Source of the DNA: Azolla caroliniana
Taxonomy: Eukaryota > Plantae > Polypodiophyta
Direction: 5' to 3'
DNA: 64,000 nucleotides
Assembly: GCA_043228905.1 (NCBI GenBank)
Contig: JBHGNT010000006.1
Location: 3,720,001 to 3,784,000 of the forward strand
Translations under genes and position numbers: made by a program
Part shown: one piece after another, positions 1 through 14,229 of the stretch
Numbering within the stretch: the stretch's first letter is position 1
Layout of the letters: each line of letters starts with the position of its first letter
The notes under the pieces: generated by a model
Told to the model about the DNA's origin: nothing
The model's input: the letters and a program-made list of their open reading frames with translations, nothing else
The model's database searches: none

Positions 1-579
1 GGTTATTCCTTGATTTATGTATAAGCCACCTTGTATAGTCTTTCTTTAATAATCTCTCCTAGCTAATGGGAAATTAGCTTCTTTTTAGAAAAAAAATCAT
101 GATGATTAGAAGGTGTATAATAATTTTTAGTCATGATGATATATATTGCTTGACAAATGGAAAATTTATTGTATGGATTCTTTGTAGCCTTTGGGCATCT
201 TTTAATTGATGCCACGATGAATCTTGACTTTAAAAAAATGGAAAATTGGTATGAATAGGTAACACTTATTGCTAGTGCTAACTTACAAGTGAATCTAAAA
301 TACAAATCAACACATTAATCGAGAGACACCTCTTTGTGACACAAAAGGATCACAAACTTGTCGAGCTACATTCATTGATTTCTAAAGCGTACAATTTGAA
401 TCTAAAATATTTAAGTATGTTGTCATTGAATTCGTACACATAAACAAGAACACTCATGTTTGAATGAGTACAACCCATTGCTAACATCTAAAACATAGAA
501 CATTCACAACATTATTACCTTGCTTGATGACATTGGATTTGCAAAAAAATACAAACGATCAAAATTACTCATTAAAGCA

Positions 580-910
580 ATAATGCATGGAACGTCTATT
601 TTACACAAAACCTTTGTTGAAAGTTTCACATGAGTTTCTAAATGAAAACAAACTTTCAAGAGAAACCATATTAAAAATTTTAATGACTTACGTAATCAAC
701 AATGCATAATGTTTATTCAAAAATTGTTGAAAGTTTCACACAAGTTTTTATGTGAAAATAAACTTTCAAGAGAAAAGATATTCAAGTTTTTATGACTTAC
801 TAAGGCAAAAATGCATGGAGCGTCTATCTTATATTATCTTTGTTGAAAGTTTCACACGAGTTTCTTCATGAAAACAAAATTTCAAGAGAAAACATCTTAA
901 AGTTTTTAGA
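580..910. repeat. Diverged tandem repeat, three copies of about 110-116 bp
   Basis: The unit ttgttgaaagtttcaca...tgaaaa(c/t)aaa(c/a)tttcaagagaaa starts at 614, 724 and 840. Confidence 0.8.
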
Positions 911-1392
911 ATCTCATGAGCATGACTTCCAATGATGTTTGGATTTGGTTTGTTAAGACGATTACCAATAAGATTATTTACAATGTTGTTTGAATTGGAC
1001 TCAATAGAATCATTGCCAAAAATCTAATTACAAGATGTGGTTAATGTCAAAACATTATAGGTCTATATGTTTAAATCAATCTAATTATGCTTTACCATAA
1101 TTATTTTCTTGTCTCACATACCATCATCAAAGTCGAAGTAGAAAGAAGCTTCATTGACTCTCACATGTTTAACAACGAGCAAACGAGCACAAAAATGTTG
1201 GAATGAAACATCCCTATCACAAAACATTGGAAGATGCATAGTTTTTTTTCTTCTTCAAAGATTTTCTTCATTAGTATTAAGAAAAACATGTGAATGCTAC
1301 AACTTAAGCTTATGTGCCCAAAAGCTTACAATTTTCATGTACAATGATGATATACAATAATCCTAAGACAACTAGAACTTTGTAAAAGGTTT

Positions 1393-2520
1393 TTTTTTTT
1401 TGCATTCTGCCATGCTTCACTGTTAATCAAGAAAGGGTCCAAGGAAGTTGATAGTTCCATTGAGGCCCTTGAGTTGACTCAAAGAATAGGGGTACCATTT
1501 TCCATAAGTGAAGGAGCTTCTTCTTTCTCTTGTTCACAGTCTTTGGTGAACCCTGCATGTTGTCATATTGGCCGCGGACTACTGCGACCAAGTTCTCCCA
1601 TATCTCACGCAAGACATATGAGAGACACTGATATGTCACATCATAACGTCGGTTGCATCAACATTTCCATAATGCCCATATCGTTATTGTAGTCATTGTT
1701 TTCCATATTTGGGCAGATCGCACTTGCTTTCAAGGTTGTTGAAAGGGGCTGACAAATATCAATCATCTATTATGTACCATCATTGCCTCTTGAACATCAC
1801 TTGCCTCATACAACATCAAATTGGAATGTAACACTCCCCACATTGCTGATCCCCATGAAAATAAGCAACCAACATTGATTGTTAAAAATAACGAAAGAAC
1901 TTTATTCCATACTTGTTGAGCCAAGGAACATGACCAAAGGGTATGCTTGGTAGTCTCTTGCACTTCGTGGCAAAAGTCACATTGTCGAAGATTAGGTGTT
2001 ACATTCCCTTTCAATGAGTGACCAATTGGTAAGGCCATATGCACTAATAGCCATCTAGAGAGAATAAATTTAGTTGGCCCCTTGAATGACCAAATCCATT
2101 TCCAGTAGGTTTTCAAATGCAAAGTTGAGACCCCCCAAGTGGTCCAATGTTTCTGAGCTGCAGGTATTCTTGCATTCCAAGAAAGCAGTAGTGCTCTTCC
2201 AAGTTTTACTGAGTATTGAAAGAAAGGAACCTTTATGATCTGTTCTCCCAAGGAATGTGACCAAAACCAGCCCCCCCGATCCCATGTTAATCTTGCAATT
2301 GAGTCTTTTGCATATAACCACAACATATCACACGTATGAGCAATTGAAGGATAAGGATCGAGCATCTATTTCTTTCCAAATTTAGCAACGACTCTAACTG
2401 GTGCATTTCGCAAGTGTTGTAGATAATTGCACTCTAAGGTGTAAGGTTGTAATGTATGATTGTCTAGGACCTTAAAGTAAGAAGCACACCCAGGCAAGGT
2501 GAGTTCTCAGGCCCAACACT
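1393..2520 (-). mobile_element. Decayed 3' fragment of an L1-type LINE ORF2 (C-terminal zinc-finger region)
   Basis: ORF 1763-2365 contains WLLVHMALP...CDFCHEVQETTKHTLWSC, homologous to WLIAHRALP...CTACGQIESISHCLWEC in LINE copy 1. A T-run at about 1393-1401 is a candidate poly(A) tail. Boundaries are approximate. Confidence 0.7.
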
Positions 2521-5362
2521 TTTCCTGCATTATCCTAAAAGATGCATAGTTGTTAGCTAGTTAATATGGAAGATGTTTACACGAGGGCTACTCATTTGAA
2601 GGGGCTAACAAAACATTACGAATGGGAAGTGTTTACCATAAAGTTCTTCCACTTACTTTGTAACAAAGCAAAGTTCTTTTGCCCTATTTTCATTCTTTCA
2701 GAAAACATCAATTTATGACTCAATGACAAGTATTTGAATGAATTATAGAAATGAACCAAAAAATGAACTTTAGACTACTATTCCCAACAATGCAAGCAAA
2801 TTTGTAATGTCGCATGCACACTTTTTAAAGTTGTTACAATTGATTACTCTTCAAAAAAAAGTAAGTACTTGTTATGATCGATTGCTCTTCATCAAATATA
2901 ATACATCCCATACATTCGGACCTATGTCACCTCACCGATATCCTTTGGAAGATAAGTAAAGTAATAGTAAGCATTTTGTTTTGATAAGTGTGTATACTTA
3001 CTCAATCTTCCTAGAAATGTTTTTATGAAGATTCAACAACTTTTTGTTGTTCGAAGCTTGAGCTACACAATGTGATATTAGTGAACGTTGAGCATTTGTA
3101 CTATAAGAGAATCAATGGGCAAAGACTAGCCATAATCTACAAACTGTAATGAACTAAAGGAGTCTAATGACATGGACCCATTTACACTCACAAATTCCTT
3201 AAAAAACATTGAGTTTAGGCTTTTCAATGAGGGCATGATGCAATAGGAGTTTCTTAAAGTATCTCCTCTACAGAACAACAATAATAGTATATATTACATT
3301 TAACATAATCAATCCTAACTGCACTACCTAGACTTGTTTAGGTATAATTACAAACAATGGTTAACTTCTCTTACTTGAAGGATTGCCATCGCAAGATATA
3401 AACCTTTCTATAAGGAAAATATATTCCTTTTTTGAAACTACGTAAAAACTTTACATATGTTGTGTAAGTAGTTTAGTTCTACCCATTTTGCAATATTCTG
3501 TATTATTTGATAAATTTCTAAAATATAATAGATTTTGTGTGTTATATAGCAAAACAAGAAGTCCATGTGCATGGGTTTTATTACCTGATCTAGTTTTTTT
3601 GTTCCTTCCCTCTTATTTTGATGCATCTTCTAGATTTTTGATGCTTTCTTTATACATTTCATTGTTCCTCTAATGCCCAACATCCATGCCATGTTGCTTG
3701 ATGGCAATTTTATTTTTGACATCAAAATCTTGGCATGTTGTCTAATCATAGATTTGATTCTTTTTAGTTCATGCATTAATCTTAAAAGTAAATTTGTTTT
3801 TAGAAACAAGAAGAATACCAATATAAGCCCCTTTCCTAAAACAAGAAGATGAATCAATTGAGCAACTAAGCTAAAGCACGTGATTTTTAAATAATATATC
3901 ACAATGTGAGGCATAGAGACAACTAGCATACGGGCTTGGGTTACGCAATTCTCACATAAGAAGAACAAGAAGGTGAAGATCAATTTTGTTGTGAGTCGCC
4001 CAAAAGCCAAGGTTCAAAAAGCCAATTGCGTATGAGGAAGATGAGCAAGCAATTGCTACACATGTTGCTAGTGCATGGATATTAAAATATTCAAAGACAA
4101 TATATTTAAGGGATCTGAGGGCAAGACAAATATACATATATGTTGCTGAGAAAACTAGCAAGGGTTTTATTAAGAAGGCTAATGATCACATTTGTTTTGT
4201 TTATATCGAAAAATAAAAGGCGAATTAAGTATGTGTTTTTGGATGAAGATTTCCTTATGAAGCCTTGTTGTGGACAATATGTACTTGCACTTAACCTACC
4301 ATAATTGTAGCTAGAGAATAACTCATGTGCCTCTCACGTCAATGTATCAAGATAGACCAAAAATGACAAAGGCAATTCAAGAAAAAGAAAATTTAGTTGC
4401 TAGTGGAGGAATCAATGTCTTCTTGAGCATACAATGAAGGTAATTAGAGGATGTAAATGGTTATAGTAACTCTTGAAATTGCGCTAGGTGCTAAAGTTTA
4501 TTTTTTTTAAGTAAGAGAAAATATTACAAGACGTAACTTGCATCATATTTCGGTGATAAGATCAATCAACTATATGTATAAAGTCAACCTTAGTTGAGTG
4601 TTGAGGTAGGGTTAGCATAGTTTGAAGAGGTGTTGTAACAAAAGTGTATTCGTGTGCCAACAATTGTTTGATGTCTTGGTCATAACATTGACCACCCAAA
4701 TGCGAAGTCACTCACTTTCCTTCGAGGAGAACTTACCAATGTTACTTTGAGAAGAGTTGTGAAAGGGCTCGTTAGCCACCTAAATCTCTCATATCATAGA
4801 TGTAAGGAGAAGGGCCCATGCACAACTTCTCTGAACTAGATGAAGTGCCTTAGAAGTCTAAGGTTGCATGATGGGAAAGCAAACATTGGTAATCTTTTTT
4901 GCAAAAGGCCAAGAATAGAGTAAAATTGGTACATGTTGGCTTGTATGAAAAAATGAAAACAAATACAGTGGCTAATCCTCCTACTTCATTTTGATTATAG
5001 ATGATTATAGTAATTATGATGTTGAGCTTAAAACATTTGAACAAAGGCTTTGGGTGATTGACGAGCAATCAAAGAAAAAGGTGAAATATCTTAGAGTAGA
5101 TATAGGGGGACGATTCCTCTTGGACGGATTTAGGGAGCATGCTATGGTGTAAGGAGCTACTTTCCCATTAGTTAGGAGAGATTTTTACAGAAAGACACGA
5201 ACAAAGTTGAAACAAAGCAGAGGGGATATGTGTGTTGCCTCTCATCGACAGACGCCGACAACAGAGGGGACGGGATAGCAGAGTAACAGAGGCGCCGACA
5301 GTAGAGGGAGGATCCAACGACATTGTCAACGACATCGACCTACGACTCAGCCGTGAGGAGCG

Positions 5363-7243
5363 ATGGCAGCAAAAGGATCCTCGAAAAACGACTCGGCTGC
5401 TTCAGAGCCTGCACAAACATCAGCCCCAAACCTTCTGGACATCAATGGGACACAGGTATGTCACGAACATCTATTTAATCGCATTGATGCTGAAACCGAA
5501 CAGGAAACACAAGGGGTGGACAATCAAAATGGTTCCTCAATGCATGCAATGGGAGCCTTTGTTCTCTCCCCGGAGGAAGAATGCCTAATGGAGAGTGAAT
5601 TAACACGTCTTAAACGGGAATCCTTTGTGGTAAAAGTGGTGGGTAGTCGACCCAATAGAGCAATATTGCGTGATTGGCTGCAAAGTTGTCTACAAGAAGA
5701 CCTTGGTAGATTGAAGGACATTGCATTTATGGGAAAGGGCTTCTACCATGTTGTAGTGATTTCGGAAACGAATGTATGCAAAATTGTTGAGAGCAGCCCA
5801 CTGATTTGGCACAATGCGAGGGCCTATGTATTCAATTGGGATGCAGACTTTGACATGTGTAAAGCTGATGCTTATATAGGCAATCCTACAGTGGTAACGA
5901 CATTTTTTCCTGGTTTACCTAAGCAATGGGAATCCTTTCTCCCGACCATTGGCAAAAGTATGGGAGGTCAATGCCTGGAAAAGACTCTTGCGGAGAGAAT
6001 AAGTGAAACACCGAGGATCAAACTAATTGTTTCGGATGTAAAGACCTTACCGCAATCAATGTTGTTGAGCAGTAAACAAATGGCTGACCATGTACAAACT
6101 GTTGAGTATGTGGGACTCCCAGGGCAATGCTTTGCATGTAGACAGATGGGGCACATGGCCCGAGAATGCCCTAGAGGAAAGGAGAACATGCATCATGGAA
6201 ATGGGAAGCAAGGACAGAAATGTAAAACAAGTCTGATGCAACAGAAAAATCAATGAATGAACCATGCATTGAGTAAGAATGAAGATGGATGGAAACATAA
6301 CACCTATAAAGGCAAACAAAAAGTCATGGTCGGACAAGAATGGCTCCCACTTAGAAATAAGTATGCGCTCTTAACCTTAGAGGACAATGAATACAAACCT
6401 AATGAAAGGGAAGAAAGAACGAAGGCAACTCATGAGAGTAATTATGTGGAAGTAATTAATGATATGACGAAACTACACCAGGAGGACAACTTGGTAGGGG
6501 ATGTTATTGGCCAGATGCTTCATGAAAGTATAGGCGAGGTAGGAGAATTAAACATAGGAAAGGTCGTAAGCCCATTGAAAGAGCAGTCTAAGGCATTGGT
6601 GACAACCCTAGATATTAAGGGGATAGCAAAAATGAAAAGGCACATGCGTGCTAAAAAAGAGGAGATGAAGGGGATGGAAAAAAATAAAGGGATGCGTAAA
6701 TGGCCAAGAGTGAACTGGAATCTTTAATACAAGGCGGGCCCCCTCTCGAATACTGGACAACAGATCAAAGTGAATCTGACGGGCAAAAAGTGGTTCAAGG
6801 AACTATGTGGAAGTGAGATGAAGAAGGACAGCATATGTAGAGTCAATATATATGGCAAATGTAGTGATGGAGGGGTTGCTGGTCTGTCCTATATTTTGGC
6901 CTTGGGAACTAAGGAGCCACATAGTAGAGAAGAAGCCCTCGGGTGTTTGGAACAACAAATGGATGTATATGTAGACGCATCATATGGTACCGCAATAGGG
7001 ATGAAAATGAAAAGACAATGGAAAGATGCCTTGATTTGGAGTTCGGGCAAGGCGAATGAACAAGGCATATGCTTCATAAATGTGAAATTTAGGAAGCTTC
7101 CTAATCTGATAACGGAGTTCATGGTATACGTCCTTGAAATGCTGACATAGTTGGAAGAGGAAAATCTCCAAGATCGGATATTAGCTACCATATTGGAAGC
7201 GGAAAATGCATTGGCTAGGCCTCAGAAGGTGCAGCTTATATGA
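5363..7243 (+). pseudogene. LINE ORF1 (zinc knuckle plus long C-terminal extension), three in-frame stops
   Basis: ORFs 5363-6256, 6257-6727 and 6770-7150 share one frame. The CCHC knuckle is CFACRQMGHMAREC. The homologous region in copy 2 (26725-27396) reads through the later stops. Confidence 0.85.
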
Positions 7244-10200
7244 ATCTCAGTTTGCTAACTTGGAATATACAAGGAATTGGTGGCACCCAATTCCAGATGA
7301 AAAAGAATGTGTTGGCTGTTGAAATTCAGCGATGCACTGAGGCAGTGTTGCTTGATATTATCTTGGTGCAGGAGCACCATCTAGATGGGGACAAGATCGA
7401 TAAAATAGGAAGCATTTGCCCCAGAAACTGGACCAATACATGGTCAGCAGCTACGGGAGATAGGCAGATTCAGGGGGGAGTACTTATAGCTATGAAAGCT
7501 AAGTTTACTGCTGACTGTACAGGTAGGGGTAGTTTAATAGAGGGTCGTGTTGTCTACATAAGGATAAAACACAGTTGTGGGCACTTGGGCATACTGAACA
7601 TTTATGCCCCAAATTCAGCTGCTGAAAGACAAGAATTCTGGTTGCAACTAGTGGCCAAGAAACCAGATGCTGAGTTGTGGATCATTGGAGGAGACTTTAA
7701 TATGGTGGAGCATCCAGAAGATAGAAGAGGCAATGCAAATGGAACGGTACAAGGGGCAGAGAAGAATGCATGGGATAAGTTTTGTTTAGCATATAATGTG
7801 ATAGATTGTTGGAATGCCCCTAACTTTCAAATGCAAAAAGAAAAATCCCTTCGCTACTCTAGAGTAGGAGGAAGTGTGCACGGGAGGACGATGTCTAGGC
7901 TGGACAGATGGTATTTGGACCCTCGACTCATGGATAGGAAAGGTAGATGCATTATTTGCCCGGGTACAATGTTCTCTGATCATGCCCCAGTTCTGTTACA
8001 CATACAAGAAAACAATCGCTGCAAGCCTCATAATGTGAAGGTGTGTAAGGAATTGGTTAAGGATACTAAATGGACCGATGATATACGGAAAATATGGTAT
8101 GATATCAGATGGAGGTACCTTGACCCTGCTCATAGGCTGGCTGGGAAACTTGAGGCATGTGCAGGGTTTTTTCAACAAAAAGCGATTGAACTTAGAAAAG
8201 AGATAAGAGAGAAAATGCAGAGAATGCAATGGTCACTTGCTTCTATGCAACGACTAAGAGAATTATACCCACATAATGTATGGATTGAGGTGCAACTTGA
8301 GGAGGCCAAAAGCAAATTAGAGAGGTACCAAAAACTTAGGAGTACCTATGCCTATCGAAGTAGGGCAGCAAGTTGGATGAGGGTAGGAGATCGGGTTACT
8401 AAAGGTTTTTTTAAAGGTGTTAAATGCAAAGGATCTGGGTTTCAACCTTCATGCTTAAAAAAGACAGATGGCACAATGACCTCGTGCAAAGAGGAAATGC
8501 TTGAAATAGCCACAAGCTATTTACTCAACTACTAAATGTATGCAATAAGGATCTGATTCATCAGGTTGCCTTTAGAAATAAAATAAAGAGGATACCAAGG
8601 AAAGTTACGGCTCAAATGATGGACCAACTAAATACCCCAATAGGTATGCATGAATTGTGGGATGCTATTGGGGATATGAACAAACAAAGCTGTGCAGGAA
8701 TTGATGGACTTCCTCTATACTTTTACATCCAGTATTGGGATCTAATTAAGGATGACATGCTGGTAGGGATGCAACACATTATGGTAGAAGGACTAATGCC
8801 CACAACAATGTGCAGAGGCATGATTTATTTAATACCCAAGGCTGGTAAAGACCTAGCAACACTTGATAATTGGCGACCATTGACGATCCTCACCAATGCA
8901 TATAAGATAATGGCCAAAGTCGTAAGTAAGAGATTGAAAATGGTACTTGGGGACATTATACATACTACGCAAACTGGTTTCTTGGAAAACCGGAGTATTG
9001 TGGACAATGTGATAACATTCTGGGAATACTCAGCATGGGCTGAGGAGCAAGAAGTGAACCTAGCAGTAATGCTACTTGACTTCGAAAAAGCATATGACAG
9101 GATTTCATGGGATTTCCTAGAAGCAGTGATGGCAGCCCTAGGTTTTGAACAACAATGGATCCGTGGAATGGGTGCCTTCTACAGAGGTGCATCCAGCCAA
9201 GTGTTAATGGCTGGAAGTATGGGGAAGAGCTTTAAGATGCTACATTCGGTACGCCAAGGATGCCCATTAGCCCCGTATTTATACATAATTGCAGTAGAAG
9301 CTTTGCATTATCAAATGGCTGATAGATCTTGGCAAATACAAGGCCTTACCTTACCCGATGTTGAAGTTATGGTGCTTGATACGGCATATGCTGATGACAC
9401 AATGACCTATGTCAAAGGTGATGCACACAACTTGGGCAGATTGCAAAATGCAATTGATGAGTTTTGTAGGGGATCTGATGCTAAAATAAATTGGAATAAA
9501 TTTGTGGGCATTTGGATCAGTAATAAACCCATGTTAAACTGGGTCCCCGACCCCAATTTTAGATGGCTAAGGAAGGGAGAAGCTACTAGATACTTGGGCT
9601 TCAAAATTGGTATGGACATTGATTGGGCAGAACACTACAATCTCCTAGTGGATAAAATAAAAATGAAGCTAATATGGTGGAATGCAAGAAAACTATCCTT
9701 TGCGGGAAAGATTGTGATTGCAAATCAGATTCTAATGGCCACTATATGGCACACTGCTGCATGCTGGATAATCGTGCCCAAGTCGATGAAATTGTTAAAA
9801 AAGATCATTAGAAATTTCTTATGGGGGGGCACAGAGGAAAAACAAGCCGTTGCAAAGATTGCTTGGACCACACTTATAAAAAGGAAAAGTGAAGGGGGGG
9901 TGGGATTGATAGATCCCGTGATGCAAACGAAGGCCTTGCTAGGCAAACTAGTGGTCCGGAGCCTACAACCTCTTGAGGCACCTTGGAAAGTTCTATGGCG
10001 GCGTAGATGGAAGATGTGGCTGCCAAGACAAGGTGGATGTTGGCCTAGCAGCCCATTTTGGGGCTTTGTGCTAGAAATGAGGCCCAAATATGGGGGAAGT
10101 ATGCAGAGTCTTTGTGCTATCGGAATTATGAAAGCATGGCAAGAAATCAGAAAGGGGATCATATGTAGGTGGAGAAATGATGCATATGCATGGATATACA

Positions 10201-11581
10201 TGCCAATTGTGTGGAACCCATTGATTAGAGATGTGGATGGGCTGATGATAGGCCAAAAAACAGGTTTCAAATGGGCTGAGTTAATCAATGCCCAAGGGAA
10301 TGCATTAGTGGAGTGGGAGAGGTTTTTGTCCAATGAGGTGGGCACTCAAAAGGCTAAAATATGGAGAATAAGCAGGGGTAAAGGCATGCTCAAGAGAATT
10401 ACAGATGTCATTGCATGCTACAAGAATACCTTGGAAGAGGAAGAAGTAATGACCTCTGAAATTGCGTGGACAGGTCTTATAGATGCTGAAAACTGTTTAA
10501 TTGGCATTAAGGGAATGAAAGTAGAATCGAACGAGGTATGCTACTACAAACTAGAGCACGGAAGGGCAAGAGGTGAGCAACCAGTCTTTCAAAGAGAAAA
10601 GCCGATTAAGCTGATCGTAAAAACTGGCAAGAATATGAGTATTGACCCTAAGCCAAGGGAAATCACACCGGCGACAGTGTGTTGGCCTATAGAAGGGCAT
10701 TTGGATCAGTTATCATGGGACCCAGCCAGGTATTTTTGGAGAATCAAGGACAAACTGATGGAGAAAAGCTGGTTCAATTTTTCAGGATGAAGATTGGGAG
10801 GCAAATTCTTCTAGAACAAAAACATGACAAGGTTGCGGCAAGGAAATTTTGGATGCAGGAGGGCATAAGTGAAAGGAGACTAGATAAATTCTGGAAAATG
10901 ATATGGCATGACAAATATGACCGCAAGATAATGATGTGTTTATGGCTTATTGCACATAGAGCCTTGCCAGTAGGGACGTGGGGTAAAGGCCCCAATGTAG
11001 ACCCTAGATGTACTGCATGTGGACAGATAGAAAGCATCTCCCATTGTCTATGGGAATGTCGCGATGCAATGGTTGTATGGGGAAGGGTACTTCGTTTGCT
11101 TTGCCATGCCTCTAGTTCGTTCACCCTCAACTGGGGACATGCTTGTTGGATGTGTCTTGACGTTGATGTGGCGACATACGATAGCACATGCAATGCTAAG
11201 TACAGAGGGGAGAATGGCATTGTTCGGCTGATCCTTGACAACGGGGTACCTACAACTTGTGTACAGAATCAAAAACTTGAAGATCTTTGGATGTTGCTTG
11301 CCCCCATTACTATATGGCATATATGGACAACAAGGTGTACCAGGGTATTTTCCGCACACAAATGCCCTCCACCTGAATCGATTAAGCTAATTTGGCACAC
11401 ACTCATAACTACACTAAGAGCTCAACATGAGCGGATTAATGGTACTAATGATGCTGCAGACCTAATGAGGCTGAATTTTCGAAAAAGATGGTGTACGACA
11501 CCGATGGCCGCATCAAATGGAATGGATATACTATGGAAGTATGATGTACCCAGATGGTTGTTTCCCCCTCCCATTAGTTGA
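7240..11581 (+). pseudogene. LINE ORF2: APE endonuclease, reverse transcriptase and C-terminal zinc finger, frameshifted
   Basis: APE motifs: TWNIQG, QEHH, NIYAPN, GGDFN, SRLDRW, SDHAP. RT motifs: WRPLTI, DFEKAYD, RQGCPLAP, AYADD, YLG. Frameshifts lie near 8520 and 10745-10790. Confidence 0.92.
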
Positions 11582-11650
11582 ACGAGGGGCGTGAAAGACA
11601 TGGCAAGTGGGATAGTGAAGGTAGGTGATGTATCTGAAAGGATGGCTTGA

Positions 11651-12251
11651 TGTTGGGATTACGGTCCCTTCGGATGGGATGGTCGGATATCGGAGATGAA
11701 TGCCGACAAGCCCGGTTGCGGTTTCGGAACCGGATGATGAAGACCCCGGCTTCGGAGCCGGATGACGAATGTACCCGGAGAGAGATCCGGATGCGGGGAC
11801 ATATCTGTGAATATGTTTGCCAAGGGCCCTTGAGGCTACAGTTGTAAATAGCCCCAAAGTCATATGTGTATAAATATGACTTAGGGCAAACAGTTTTAAC
11901 GTTGCTACTCATTTTTCTGTTGTTCCACTCAAGAGGAGTGAAGAGAGAGCAGCCGTGAGAGAGATAGAGCGTGAGAGAGGAAGAGGTCGACGCCTCTGTG
12001 TATTTCCGCCGCCTGTGGCGAGGACAGCGAGCTCAAGGTCGTCGCCTTGCAGCTCGCCATTGTATATTTCTTTGTGCATAGTTTTGGTTCGGAGTCTTGT
12101 ACTCCCGTGGTTTTTCCCGTACAGGGTTTTCCACGTTAAATCGTGTGTCCACTCTATTTTTCGCATTTCCCATTTTCTGCAACAACGATTCATGTGTTTC
12201 CTTGGTTGTGGCCGAGAGGTGAAGTTTGGAAAGTGTCGATTATTTCCATCA
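11651..12251 (+). repeat. 5' LTR of Copia A
   Basis: tgttggg...ccatca, followed by the PBS. Four substitutions versus the 3' LTR by visual alignment. Confidence 0.95.
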
Positions 12252-13892
12252 ATTTGGTATCAGAGCGAGCTGCTGCAGAAAATGGAAGGCGGCGGCAGCG
12301 GGCAGCCGGGGATGATGGTGCTGAATGCGCAGAATTACGCCGACTGGAAGATCAAGATGGAGGATCTTCTGATTGTTCGGGACCTGTACGAACCGATTGA
12401 CAGGTCGGAAATACCGAAGGGAGTACTTGAGTCGGAATGGAGGCTTCTGAACCGGAAAGCCGTTGCAACCATTCGGCAATACGTGGACGTGAGCGTTCTA
12501 CAACATGTGGCGAACGACATCAACGCATATGAGATGTGGCGGAAGCTGTCGGGCCTCTACGAGAGGAAGAATGCGTTGAACCGGACCTCCCTGATGAGGA
12601 AGATAGTGAACCTCAAGTACCAGGACGGTGAGAGTATGGTGGAACACGTAAGCACGTTCATGGGATTCGTGAACCAGCTTGCGGCGATCAAGTTCCCGCT
12701 GGAGGATGCAATGCAAGCCATCATTCTGATGTGTACACTGCCGGAAAGCTGGGAGAACTTGGTGGTGACTCTCAGCACCTCCTGCACGGAAGATAACTTG
12801 TCCCTACAAACGGTAAAGACAAGTATTTTGAACGAAGAAGCGCGTCGGAGAGATAAAGAACCGGCCTCCGACTCGAAGGCGCTGCTTACCGAATCGGAAC
12901 GGGGAAGACAATGGAACCGGAGTCCGCAAAGACGGGAGAAGTCGGGGACCCGGTCGCAGTCAAGAGGAAGACCCACATGCTTCCACTGTGGGAAGCCGGG
13001 GCACTTCCGGAAGAATTGTCGGCATTACCGAAAGGACAACGGAGCCGACGACACCGATTCGAAGAGGTCACCGGAGAGAAACGGTGCATACCGGGGAGCC
13101 ACGGACCGGAGAGGTCCGGATCGGCGAGGGCAGGACCGGAAAGGAACGACGGCACTCGCGGCAAGTGAGGAAGAAATCATGCTCATCACCGAAGAAGGTG
13201 AACTAAACATTGCCGGCGATGAGACGACCTGGGTGGTCGATTCCGGAGCATCGTTCCACCTGACCCCGGAGAGAAGATACTTCTCATCCTACACAGCCGG
13301 TGAGCATGGCTGTGTTCGGATGGGAAATGAAGGTACGTGCCGGATTGCCGGTGTAGGAGACGTGTGGGTGACAACCTCGACCGGATGCAAAATGCTGCTG
13401 AAGGATGTCAGACACGTTCCGGAGGTTCGATTGAACCTGATTTCGGCCGGGAGGCTAGACGATGAAGGCTACACAGGTAGCATCCGGAACGGCGTAATGA
13501 AGTTCAGCAAGGGGAGCCTGATAGTGGCTCGGGCCCGGAAAGTCAACACACTGTACCTTATGAATGCATGGTTGTGTCCGGAAGAGTTGAACGTGGCAGC
13601 CGACACTGCCGGTGAGCTGTGGCACAAGAGACTGTGCCACATGAGTGAGAAGGGGATGAAGAGGCTTGCAGAAGACAACCTTATTCCAGTGAAGCATGTG
13701 CACCTGGAGAAGTGCACCGATTGCCTGGCCGGTAAGCAGAACCGAACCTCCTTCCATTCAAGGCCACCGACGAGACGTAGCGCACCATTGGAGTTGGTGC
13801 ACACTGATGTGTGTCAGGTAGAAACGAAGTCACATGGCGGAGCCCAGTACTTCGTAACATTCATAGATGATCATAGCCGAAAACTGTGGACG

Positions 13893-14198
13893 TGTTGGGA
13901 TTTCGGTCCCTTTCGGATGGGATGGTCGGATATCGGAGATGAATGCCGACAAGCCCGGTTTCGGTTTCGGATCTGGATGACGAAGACCCCGGTTTCGGTA
14001 CCGGATGACGAATGTACCCGGAGAGCGATCCAGATGCAGGGACATATCCGTGAATATGTTCGCTATGGGCCCCTGTGGCTACAGTTGTAAATAGCCCAAA
14101 GTCATATAAGTATAAATATGACTTAGGGCAAACAGTTTTACTGTTGCTTCTCATTTTTCTGTTTTTCCACTCAAGAGGAGTGAAGTGTGAGCAGCCGT

Positions 14199-14229
<31 letters not shown>

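Noticed and set aside
3438-4200. Possible hAT transposase remnant on the minus strand
   Set aside because: There is only a faint resemblance (ALAT...CSSSS), with no catalytic motifs or termini.
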